A DNA stretch of 41,586 nucleotides from Candidatus Bathyarchaeota archaeon (GTDB lineage Archaea > Thermoproteota > Bathyarchaeia > Bathyarchaeales > Bathyarchaeaceae), in NCBI GenBank assembly GCA_020352535.1, contig CP070679.1, forward strand, positions 872,501 through 914,086. Direction: 5' to 3'. Every line of letters begins with the position of its first letter. The first letter of the stretch is position 1. The notes beneath the pieces are model-generated. The model searched no databases. It had not been told where the DNA came from and saw only the letters and a program-made list of their open reading frames with translations. Below are positions 32,704 to 39,995 of this stretch, one piece after another. The position numbers were made by a program, and so were the translations under genes.

Positions 32704-34593
32704 CTAGACTTGATGAGAGGGTTCTTGGTCAAGATTTAGTTTCTCAAGGGTTTCCTTCTTTGGGACTCCATTTTCATCCCAGCCATGGAGTAGGTAGTAC
32801 TCATCTAGCATCTTCTTGAATCGTTCTCGATTGATTTTCTTGCCTTTCGCTATTGGCAGCCCAATTGGCGTTGCTTCGTCAAAGTAGCGGTCAGGTAGCC
32901 AATCATCTTTCCTAGAGAAGCCTTCTCTGAGATTAAACAGCCGTTCAATAGTGTATATTCGTTCGCCCACTTGCATCAGCTGGTCCTCTGAGAGCTGGAG
33001 GTCAGTAGTGAGGTAGATTAGCTTGGAGAACTCGTCCCATTTGGGTGCGTTAACTGAGCAGAAGACTGTTTGGAACTTGCAGATTCCGATAGAGTCTGTG
33101 ACTGCGTAGAGGCGTTCCTGCCATGCAACCATGTGGGCTTTTCCTTCGTAGGATGTGTAGTCAGCAGAGACGGGTACTCCGTAGATTTCTTCTAGGAGTT
33201 CCTCTGGAAGGCCATAGAGATCTATTGCTGGTCTGCTTCGTAAGTGGTCTGCTCCACGGGTTGAGGTAGCGATGTTGAGGGCTAGACTTGGGGTAGGGCG
33301 TTCATCGGAATGTAGGTTGCTCATCCCTTTGATTTGGATGGCGTAGGAGGCTGAATCCTTGCCTATCGCAGTGATGGCTGGTTTGAATCCATCGGCAAGA
33401 GTGCTCCCGAAGCCTTCTCGGTGGGCGATCTGTTTAATGAGTTTGAAGAGTGCATCTTCGTTTCCCCATGTAAGCTCTAGTCCTGCGGTGTCTTGTTTGT
33501 TGATGATTCCCTTTTCATAGAGTTCCATCGCCCATGCGATAAGACCACCTGTTTCGAGGGTGTCGAGTCCATACTTGTTAACAAGGTGGTTGGCAACGAG
33601 GATTGTGTCCATTTTCTTGCAGTCAACCATTGTGCCGAAGGCGCCAAGTGAAGTGTATTCAGGTCCTTCGCCGAATATCGGGGCATATGGGCCTTCCTTC
33701 AAGACGTATCGGTGCCGGCAGTGTACGCTGCATCCGTAGCAACCGGACATTCCAATCGTATATCGGTCCATGCTTTCCGGTTCGAGGTCCTCACCGTTCT
33801 CCAGCCGGTTCCGCTGAAAGTTTCTGGTTCGGATGAGCCCGGTGGTATTTGTGTTGCTGTAGATGATTAGGGTTCCCCATCTCGATTGTGCCTTCGCCCA
33901 ACGCGTGTTCAGAATCTTGTCATTCATCTCAAGGCTATATTCAATAAGCTCGTCAGGATGGGCGAACTCGATGTCTAGGGTGCCACGGGCAGCGATGGCT
34001 TTCAGATTTTTTGCTCCCATTATGCAGCCCATGCCTGTTCGACCTGCTGCATTCTTCATGCCGGTTCGGATGTTCGCGAATCGAACCTGCTTTTCGCCAG
34101 CGATTCCAATAACCAAGGATTTGACTTCATCATCTTCGGCATCATCCCTGATGATATCCTGTGTCTCGAACGTGTCCTTCTCCCAGAGATGTGTTGCATC
34201 GCGAATCTCGATTTGTCCGTCATTCACCCATAAGTAGGATGGCTTTTCAGCTTTCCCGGTAATCACCAAATGGTCGAAGCCAGCTAATCTTAGCTCTGGG
34301 GCGAAGAATCCGCCGATATTCGAGTCACCAACCGCGCCTGTCAGTGGAGACTTGGCAGCGATGTCGCATCGTCCGGAGCCGAGGGCTGGGATTCCGCAGA
34401 GCATACCAACTCCGATTAAGAGGATGTTTTGTGGGCTCAGCGGGTTAATTCTTGCCTCTAGGTGATTGTATAATAGATACATATCTATGCCCCTGCCACC
34501 GAGGTAAAGTCGCCTGAGGTCTTTTGGAATGGGTTTTGCGATGATGGTTCCTTGTGTTAGGTCAATGTAGGCGACTTTCCTCGTCCAAACCAT
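32704..34593 (-). CDS. aor: Aldehyde:ferredoxin oxidoreductase (AOR) family tungstopterin enzyme
   Basis: LGGRG, Fe-S motif CYGCSVHC, EGPEY, pterin motifs GLDTLETGG and DSIGICKF, and RGADHL. Start set to the ATG at 34593 (MVWTRKVAYIDLTQG), which aligns with the P. furiosus AOR N-terminus as remembered. Confidence 0.9.
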   Translation of the reverse strand: MVWTRKVAYIDLTQGTIIAKPIPKDLRRLYLGGRGIDMYLLYNHLEARINPLSPQNILLIGVGMLCGIPALGSGRCDIAAKSPLTGAVGDSNIGGFFAPELRLAGFDHLVITGKAEKPSYLWVNDGQIEIRDATHLWEKDTFETQDIIRDDAEDDEVKSLVIGIAGEKQVRFANIRTGMKNAAGRTGMGCIMGAKNLKAIAARGTLDIEFAHPDELIEYSLEMNDKILNTRWAKAQSRWGTLIIYSNTNTTGLIRTRNFQRNRLENGEDLEPESMDRYTIGMSGCYGCSVHCRHRYVLKEGPYAPIFGEGPEYTSLGAFGTMVDCKKMDTILVANHLVNKYGLDTLETGGLIAWAMELYEKGIINKQDTAGLELTWGNEDALFKLIKQIAHREGFGSTLADGFKPAITAIGKDSASYAIQIKGMSNLHSDERPTPSLALNIATSTRGADHLRSRPAIDLYGLPEELLEEIYGVPVSADYTSYEGKAHMVAWQERLYAVTDSIGICKFQTVFCSVNAPKWDEFSKLIYLTTDLQLSEDQLMQVGERIYTIERLFNLREGFSRKDDWLPDRYFDEATPIGLPIAKGKKINRERFKKMLDEYYLLHGWDENGVPKKETLEKLNLDQEPSHQV

Positions 34594-34604
34594 GCTCTCA
34601 TCAA

Positions 34605-34754
34605 CTACTCTCTTACCAAGCCACGGATTTTTGGCTGATCTGGGCGAGGCCATGAGATGCGGTATCGTGTCTTGCAATTGGGGCAGGTGCTCTCTGTAGA
34701 TTCAGCTGCCACTGGGAACCGTTTAAGACAGTTCAAACACCTCACATCACTCAT
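34605..34754 (-). CDS. Unannotated 49-aa zinc-ribbon protein
   Basis: Manual translation: MSDVRCLNCLKRFPVAAESTESTCPNCKTRYRISWPRPDQPKIRGLVRE (CxxC-x14-CxxC). GAGGAGTGG lies 5 nt upstream of the ATG. It fills the MoaD-AOR gap, 11 nt before the AOR ATG. Confidence 0.5.
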   Translation of the reverse strand: MSDVRCLNCLKRFPVAAESTESTCPNCKTRYRISWPRPDQPKIRGLVRE

Positions 34755-34767
34755 GAGCCACTCCTCA

Positions 34768-35049
34768 TTATCCTCCGCCAACAGGGATTGAAAGCATTAC
34801 GACATCATTGTTATTTAGCTTAGTGTACACGTCTCTTGTGACCTGTCCATTGATGGAGACAAGGAATTCCAAGGAGGTCTTACCTTCTCGCTGATCTACT
34901 ATTTGCTTGAAATCTTTCCCATACATTTGGGCTAGTTTATCCAGAAGGTGTTTCAATATTGCGGGTGAGTGAACTTCTTCAATAATTTCCCGTTTCCCCA
35001 CGATTTCTCGAAGGTTAGCATGCAGCAACACTTTAACCTGGATACTCAT
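34768..35049 (-). CDS. MoaD/ThiS-type beta-grasp (ubiquitin-like) protein with a C-terminal GG
   Basis: 93 aa: MSIQVKVLLHANLREIVG...VVMLSIPVGGG, with the length, pattern and di-glycine terminus of MoaD/SAMP proteins. Confidence 0.7.
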   Translation of the reverse strand: MSIQVKVLLHANLREIVGKREIIEEVHSPAILKHLLDKLAQMYGKDFKQIVDQREGKTSLEFLVSINGQVTRDVYTKLNNNDVVMLSIPVGGG

Positions 35050-35240
35050 GCATATGCACCGCTATGCGTGTCGATAGAACCTAGAGATGTCTTCGAGATA
35101 TAAGGGCTGGTCTGACACCTCCTGGAGAGTGGTATTCCGGCGTGAGAGTAGGTTCAGAATAGAATTGATCGATGGAGTGTCTTATGTCAGACAGATACTA
35201 TTATCAACTCTAGATTTCTATAAATTATATAGGGTCTGCA

Positions 35241-36257
35241 TTGGAAGTTAGACGATTACAACACATCAAGGGCGGGAGCTTCACCCTATCCTTGCCGCGA
35301 AATTGGGTTGGGAAGCATAGTCTTCATCGAGGGGACGGAGTAAGCGTATTTGAGGAAGAAGACGGATCGCTACGGCTTTCCCCTTTGAATATGGAGCACA
35401 AGGGAACTGAAGCAGTCTTGGCGGTAGCGGATTTTGCGGGAGTGCGCTCTCTCGAATACTGTGTCGGAACGTACTATATCCAAGGGGTCAATAGAATTCG
35501 AGTAACCTCGAAGAAGACGATTCCCGCGGATATGAAAAAGCGGCTTAAGCTGCTTCGCATGAACCTGCCTGGTGTCGAGGTTGCAGAGGAAAGGGCTGAT
35601 GCTATCGATTTTCATGTGATTATTGATCCAGCCGCCTTCCAGCTAAAAGACCTCATCGAAAAAACCTCGTCCTTCTCTCTCCACCTGCAGGAAGATGCCG
35701 TCAAATCCCTTCTGGAGAAAGACTTCCAGCTTGCTGATGAGGTGATTGAGCGAAGTAAGGAAGCCTTGCGGCACTATCGAATGACCATACGGCAGGTCGC
35801 CCTAGCCAGCTCCAACCGTGCTATCGCTCGAGAGGTTGGAGTCCGGAACTGCCGAGAATGTGTCACCTACGCTTTGATTGCTCGAGATCTAAACAGGTTA
35901 GTCTATCACTCATCATCAATTGCTACACATGTCCTCCTTCTGAAAGGCAAGGCGAAGATTAGTTCTGAGATTCTGGGATTGATACAAGACATATCTACAG
36001 TTGTTTATACGATGCAGATGGACACAATTCAAGCCTTTCTGAAGAAGGATATCAAGCTGGCCATCACTTCTATAGGAAAGATGCAGGATGTCCGACGGAT
36101 GGAAAAGGTGCTATTGACAGCTATTATGAAGATAGTTAAGGATGCTAATTTAGCAGTGGGGTTAAGCCACATTGCTCGAGACTTGCGTCGAATTGCAGGC
36201 TACGCTGTGGCGATTGCCGATGATGCTATGAATCGAACTCTCGCCCCGACACCTTAA
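35241..36257 (+). CDS. AbrB/SpoVT-like N-terminal domain plus tandem PhoU domains (archaeal PhoU-type regulator)
   Basis: TTG start. GGSFTLSLPRNWVGKHSLHRGDGVSV (swapped-hairpin-like) is followed by two helical repeats ending ...ARDLRRIAGYAVAIADDAMN, typical of PhoU. Confidence 0.7.
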   Translation: MEVRRLQHIKGGSFTLSLPRNWVGKHSLHRGDGVSVFEEEDGSLRLSPLNMEHKGTEAVLAVADFAGVRSLEYCVGTYYIQGVNRIRVTSKKTIPADMKKRLKLLRMNLPGVEVAEERADAIDFHVIIDPAAFQLKDLIEKTSSFSLHLQEDAVKSLLEKDFQLADEVIERSKEALRHYRMTIRQVALASSNRAIAREVGVRNCRECVTYALIARDLNRLVYHSSSIATHVLLLKGKAKISSEILGLIQDISTVVYTMQMDTIQAFLKKDIKLAITSIGKMQDVRRMEKVLLTAIMKIVKDANLAVGLSHIARDLRRIAGYAVAIADDAMNRTLAPTP

Positions 36258-36304
36258 GTTTTATATGACGCCCTAAATCATCTGCAAGCACGAGAGGAAA
36301 TCAG

Positions 36305-37318
36305 ATGAAGGCTGCAGTTTTTCATGGGCCTGATCAACCACTCAAACTAGAAGATGTTCCAATACCCGAAATCAGCGCTGAGGAAGCTCTTATTAAAATT
36401 GCTGCCTGCGGTGTTTGCCACACTGATCTCCACTACTTGGAGGGTGTTCCGACTTTTCAAAAGCCACCGCTGATTCTAGGGCACGAAGCATCAGGCATAG
36501 TGACGCAATTGGGTGAAAAAGTAACGAATGTCAAAGAAAAGGATCGGGTGCTCATCCCACCGGTGTTGACTTGTGGTTCCTGTCGCAACTGTCGATTAGG
36601 TCGAGAGAACCTATGCCGCAATATCATTATGATTGGAAACAGCATCGATGGAGCCTACGCAGAGTATGCCAAGATTCCAGCGAAAGACCTCGTTAAATTA
36701 CCTGCTGAGATTCCGTTGGAAGAAGCGTCAATTATCTCTGACGCAATGTCCACCCCGTTTCATGCATTGAAGAATCGTGCTGGCGTCCGACCTGGCGACT
36801 CTGTCGTAATCTACGGAGTTGGTGGCGTCGGCTTGAATGCAGTTCAGATTGCTGCAGCTTTAGGTGCTTTCGTGATTGCTGTAGATAAGGTGGATGCAAA
36901 GCTAGAGATGGCACGAGACTTGGGAGCTTCTGAAACGATTAATGTTGATGCTGAAAACCCAGTGAAGGCAGTGAAGAAGATTACTGGAGGAGGGGCTGAC
37001 ATTGCGATTGAAGCTATTGGCATCCCCGAGGTTATGAAGATGGCCTATGATAGTGTCCGATGGGGTGGACGGGCGGTGATTGTTGGGTACACCCACAAGG
37101 ACCTGACGATTAGTGCAGCACGTTTGATGTTTCGGGAAATCGAGATTTGCGGGTCTCTCGGCTGTCGAATCGTGGATTATCCTCCATTGGTGGATATGAT
37201 TAGGCGTGGGCGCCTTAAGCTTCTGGTCTCTGATAAGATGCCGCTTGACAAGATTAATGAAGCTTTGGAGATGCTTAAGCAGGGGCAGATCAAGACGAGG
37301 GCAATCGTTCTGCCCTGA
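36305..37318 (+). CDS. Zinc-dependent medium-chain alcohol dehydrogenase family protein
   Basis: CGVCHTDLH, GHEASG, structural-Zn CGSCRNCRLGRENLC and the Rossmann motif GVGGVGL. Confidence 0.85.
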   Translation: MKAAVFHGPDQPLKLEDVPIPEISAEEALIKIAACGVCHTDLHYLEGVPTFQKPPLILGHEASGIVTQLGEKVTNVKEKDRVLIPPVLTCGSCRNCRLGRENLCRNIIMIGNSIDGAYAEYAKIPAKDLVKLPAEIPLEEASIISDAMSTPFHALKNRAGVRPGDSVVIYGVGGVGLNAVQIAAALGAFVIAVDKVDAKLEMARDLGASETINVDAENPVKAVKKITGGGADIAIEAIGIPEVMKMAYDSVRWGGRAVIVGYTHKDLTISAARLMFREIEICGSLGCRIVDYPPLVDMIRRGRLKLLVSDKMPLDKINEALEMLKQGQIKTRAIVLP

Positions 37319-37319
37319 T

Positions 37320-38093
37320 CTACTTCTCTTTCCAAACGGGCTTTCGTTTCTCGAGAAAGGCCTTCAAACCTTCAACAGCATCTTCCGTTGTGATTAGCTT
37401 GTTCAGGTAGATCTCAGTTACACCCTCCAAGGCTTCCTTGAAGTCTTTGTGTAAGCCTTGATGGACTGCTTCTTTGATGAGTGGAAGCACGGCGGAGCTC
37501 TTTGTGCGGAATCGGTCAATCAGTTTGCTAGTGGCAGCTTCAAACTCTTCTACTTTGTAGACATTGTTGACTAGACCGATCTCCTTTGCTTCCGTTGCGG
37601 GTATGGTGTTGCCTAGCAGAACCATCTCTAATGCTTTTTTCCTGCCGACTAGTCTTGGTAGCAGTACAGTTGCGACTGTGGGGATTGCTCCTACCTTCAC
37701 TTCTTGCTGCCCAAATTGGGCATCTTCTGAGGCTACGATGATGTCGCAGGCTGCGGCTAGTTCGCAGCCTCCGCCATAAGCAAAACCGCGGACAGCTGCT
37801 ATTGTTGCCTTCTTGATGGATATGAGTGTGTAGAAGACATTGTGGAAGGCTTCCAAGGTTTTTTCAATCTTGTCTGGGAGGTGGTCTTCGATTTCCACGC
37901 CAGCAGAGAAGGCTTTTTCTCCTGTACCGGTTATGACCAAAACTTTGAGGGCCTCGTCTTTCTGAACATCATCTAGAGCTTTGCTGATCTCTTGTAGTGT
38001 TTCAACATTCAAAACGTTGAGTGGTGGACGATTGATGGTGATTGTGGCAGCACCATTGTCTTTAGTGAAGACTATGTTCTTGTATTTAGCCAT
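37320..38093 (-). CDS. Enoyl-CoA hydratase/isomerase (crotonase) family protein
   Basis: 257 aa: ITINRPPLNVLN, GEKAFSAGVEI, AAVRGFAYGGGCELAAACDI and the C-terminal EGLKAFLEKRKPVW. Confidence 0.85.
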   Translation of the reverse strand: MAKYKNIVFTKDNGAATITINRPPLNVLNVETLQEISKALDDVQKDEALKVLVITGTGEKAFSAGVEIEDHLPDKIEKTLEAFHNVFYTLISIKKATIAAVRGFAYGGGCELAAACDIIVASEDAQFGQQEVKVGAIPTVATVLLPRLVGRKKALEMVLLGNTIPATEAKEIGLVNNVYKVEEFEAATSKLIDRFRTKSSAVLPLIKEAVHQGLHKDFKEALEGVTEIYLNKLITTEDAVEGLKAFLEKRKPVWKEK

Positions 38094-38192
38094 CGCTTAC
38101 CAATCCTAGGTCTGCACATTCTGTCTTCCACGATTTATAGATTTACGCTTGTATGGTTGTGCCCGTTTTTATTTTACATCTAGTGTGTTTCG

Positions 38193-38921
38193 TTATTTCA
38201 TCTTCAGTGACTCGATAATGATTGATTGAGGTCTGATTAGTGACTCTTTGAAGTAGGGGTGTTGTTTTACTGATTCCGTGTCTGGTCTAGGCTCCACCAG
38301 TCTTCTCACGAGCAGCTTGTTGAGGTATAGTGAATGGAAATACGCTGTTAGTGTTCGATGTATTGATGTGGTGGTGAACTGTTTTGTGAGTCTTTTCATG
38401 TTCCAGTCGATGTGATACTCCAGTGTTTTGAAGTAGTTTTCAGCTGCTGGGGCTCTCTTTTCACCAATGGGAATCTTCTCGAAGCATGGGTGGGGGATTG
38501 AGAAGATGAAGTGCCCACAGTTCTTCAGGACTCTCGCAACCTCTGCAACCGCCTTTTCGTAGTCTTCTATATCCTGGAGGGCCATGAAGCAGGTTACAAG
38601 GTCAAACTGGTTTCCTGCTAATCCGTTAAGGTTTGTAGCATCCATAGCTTCATAGTGGATGCCCAGCTTCTCCTGCGCTTCTTCTTGCTTAGCATATGTA
38701 ATCAGTTTCTCGGAGAAATCTACTCCTGTGACTTCTCCTCCCTTTCTGGCGAGGATTCGGGTGTTGAAGCCTTCGCCGCAGGCGAGGTCCAGTACTCTCT
38801 TTCCTCTAATTTCGCCTATCAGCTTGAAGGTTGCTGGGTTGTTCACTCCAGTTCTGTTGTAGTCCTTTCCTGTTCTCACAAAGTCTGCCCAAGCGTCTGC
38901 TGCTTCATTCCATTCTTGCAT
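38193..38921 (-). CDS. Class I SAM-dependent methyltransferase
   Basis: Start moved to the ATG at 38921 (MQEWNEAADAWADF). Motif I VLDLACGEG, plus DLVTCFMALQDI and LKNCGHFIFS. Confidence 0.75.
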   Translation of the reverse strand: MQEWNEAADAWADFVRTGKDYNRTGVNNPATFKLIGEIRGKRVLDLACGEGFNTRILARKGGEVTGVDFSEKLITYAKQEEAQEKLGIHYEAMDATNLNGLAGNQFDLVTCFMALQDIEDYEKAVAEVARVLKNCGHFIFSIPHPCFEKIPIGEKRAPAAENYFKTLEYHIDWNMKRLTKQFTTTSIHRTLTAYFHSLYLNKLLVRRLVEPRPDTESVKQHPYFKESLIRPQSIIIESLKMK

Positions 38922-39031
38922 TATTTCGTGTTTGCCAGTCAAGGATATCCCTGCTGAATCAATAGGTATACTACATTTCATAAGCGTCTTTACATTTGAA
39001 GGAAATCTTAGTATGAGCTGGCAGCGTAGGC

Positions 39032-39253
39032 CTAGCAGGTTGGACTCTTTCGATGGCACTTGCACTTGTTCTCTTCTATGGAAAACTCTAGATCCATTAT
39101 CATGTCTTGGACTTCTTCAACTCCCTCTAAGTCTTTTCTCTTTGTTGCCTGTTCCAAGGCTTGCTGGGCTCCGGCTCTAACTTCTAGACTGGGCTCTTTT
39201 CCACTCTTGAACCGCTTGTACTTTGTTCGTAAGCTGTCGATATGAGTTTTCAA
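39032..39253 (-). CDS. Candidate 73-aa helical protein with a Cys-rich tail
   Basis: Part of track ORF 39032-39319. A TTG at 39253 is preceded by GGTG. The sequence is ...KTHIDSLRTKYKRFKSGKEPSLEVRAGAQQALEQATKRKDLEG...EENKCKCHRKSPTC. No family recognised. Confidence 0.25.
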   Translation of the reverse strand: MKTHIDSLRTKYKRFKSGKEPSLEVRAGAQQALEQATKRKDLEGVEEVQDMIMDLEFSIEENKCKCHRKSPTC

Positions 39254-39301
39254 GGAGCACCAACAAAGAGAATCATAAAAGCGAAATAAATCTTGATGTG
39301 A

Positions 39302-39319
39302 GTGCCAGTTACCTGGCAC
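39302..39319 (-). terminator. Perfect 7-bp hairpin with a GNRA-type loop, followed by a T-rich tract
   Basis: Minus-strand RNA GUGCCAG-GUAA-CUGGCAC, 40 nt after the peptide stop. TTTATTTCGCTTTTATGATT follows on the minus strand (39290-39271). Confidence 0.4.
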
Positions 39320-39358
39320 AAGACGAAGGAGTTGCGCAGTGCGCTAATGGCACGTTGT

Positions 39359-39433
39359 TTAGCAGGAGCTGCAACAACTTCCGCGCTTTTCAGCCTTCTC
39401 TTCTTTCTCTTTGACTTTCTTTTCTTCGTTCAC
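39359..39433 (-). CDS. Candidate 24-aa peptide with a Lys/Glu-rich N-terminus and a GSCCSSC C-terminus
   Basis: AGGAGGTG (39447-39440), a 6-nt spacer, then GTG: (M)NEEKKVKEKEEKAEKRGSCCSSC, stop TAA 39361-39359. A hairpin and a T-rich tract lie downstream. It is below the track cutoff. Confidence 0.35.
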   Translation of the reverse strand: MNEEKKVKEKEEKAEKRGSCCSSC

Positions 39434-39492
39434 AAGTCTCACCTCCTAACGTATTCCAGCGTAATAGGTTCCAATGGAATATAATCCATCGG

Positions 39493-39504
39493 AATATATA
39501 TAAA
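39493..39504. promoter_or_regulatory. TATA-like box in the divergent PadR/small-peptide intergenic region
   Basis: aatatatataaa lies about 36-47 nt upstream of the PadR ATG (39540). It is flanked by ATGGA-N6-TCCAT (39474-39489) and a repeated GGAATATA (39476-39483 and 39491-39498). Confidence 0.35.
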
Positions 39505-39539
39505 CATTTCGCCACTTAGACAAAGATGAGGAACTGGCA

Positions 39540-39905
39540 ATGTGGTGTTGTTGTGGACCAAGCAATCTCTCACCGATTCAATTCTTGGTGCTTCTCCTTC
39601 TATCCAAGCAGCCGATGCATGGGTATGAGTTATTCAAGATGATCAATGACCAGTTCGGTGAGAAGTGGAAGTTGAATCCTGGGGCCATCTACAAGACATT
39701 AGCCAAGCTAGTGGAAAAACAATTCATCACAGCAGAAGAGACTGTGAAAGGCAAGACGATCTATCAACCCACAGCGAAAGGCAGAGCGGCCCTTACGAAA
39801 TGCATTGAGTGGTCTGAAGATTGGATAGAATTCACCAGAAGCTGCTCTTCCCCAGGCTCTAAAACTGAGTCCAAGCCCAGCGCCGGGTCAAGCGAGAAAC
39901 CCTGA
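39540..39905 (+). CDS. PadR-family transcriptional regulator
   Basis: LSPIQFLVLLLLSKQPMHGYELFKMINDQFGEKWKLNPGAIYKTLAKLVEKQFI is the PadR wHTH signature. The N-terminus MWCCCGPS is unusual. Confidence 0.8.
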   Translation: MWCCCGPSNLSPIQFLVLLLLSKQPMHGYELFKMINDQFGEKWKLNPGAIYKTLAKLVEKQFITAEETVKGKTIYQPTAKGRAALTKCIEWSEDWIEFTRSCSSPGSKTESKPSAGSSEKP

Positions 39906-39995
39906 TGCACTAATTATACGCAAGCTTTCCCTGAATGGGTTTCGCGAAAGATAAAAGAGGGAGAGCCCAGTCTGCATTGACTGGAGATTCTGCAC

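Noticed and set aside
34594-34677. N-terminal extensions of track ORFs: AOR to 34677, crotonase to 30738, methyltransferase to 39065, EF-1alpha to 22214, thiolase to 26878, membrane protein to 7617.
   Set aside because: Internal starts give canonical family N-termini and have better SD sites. The extensions overlap neighbouring genes or promoters.
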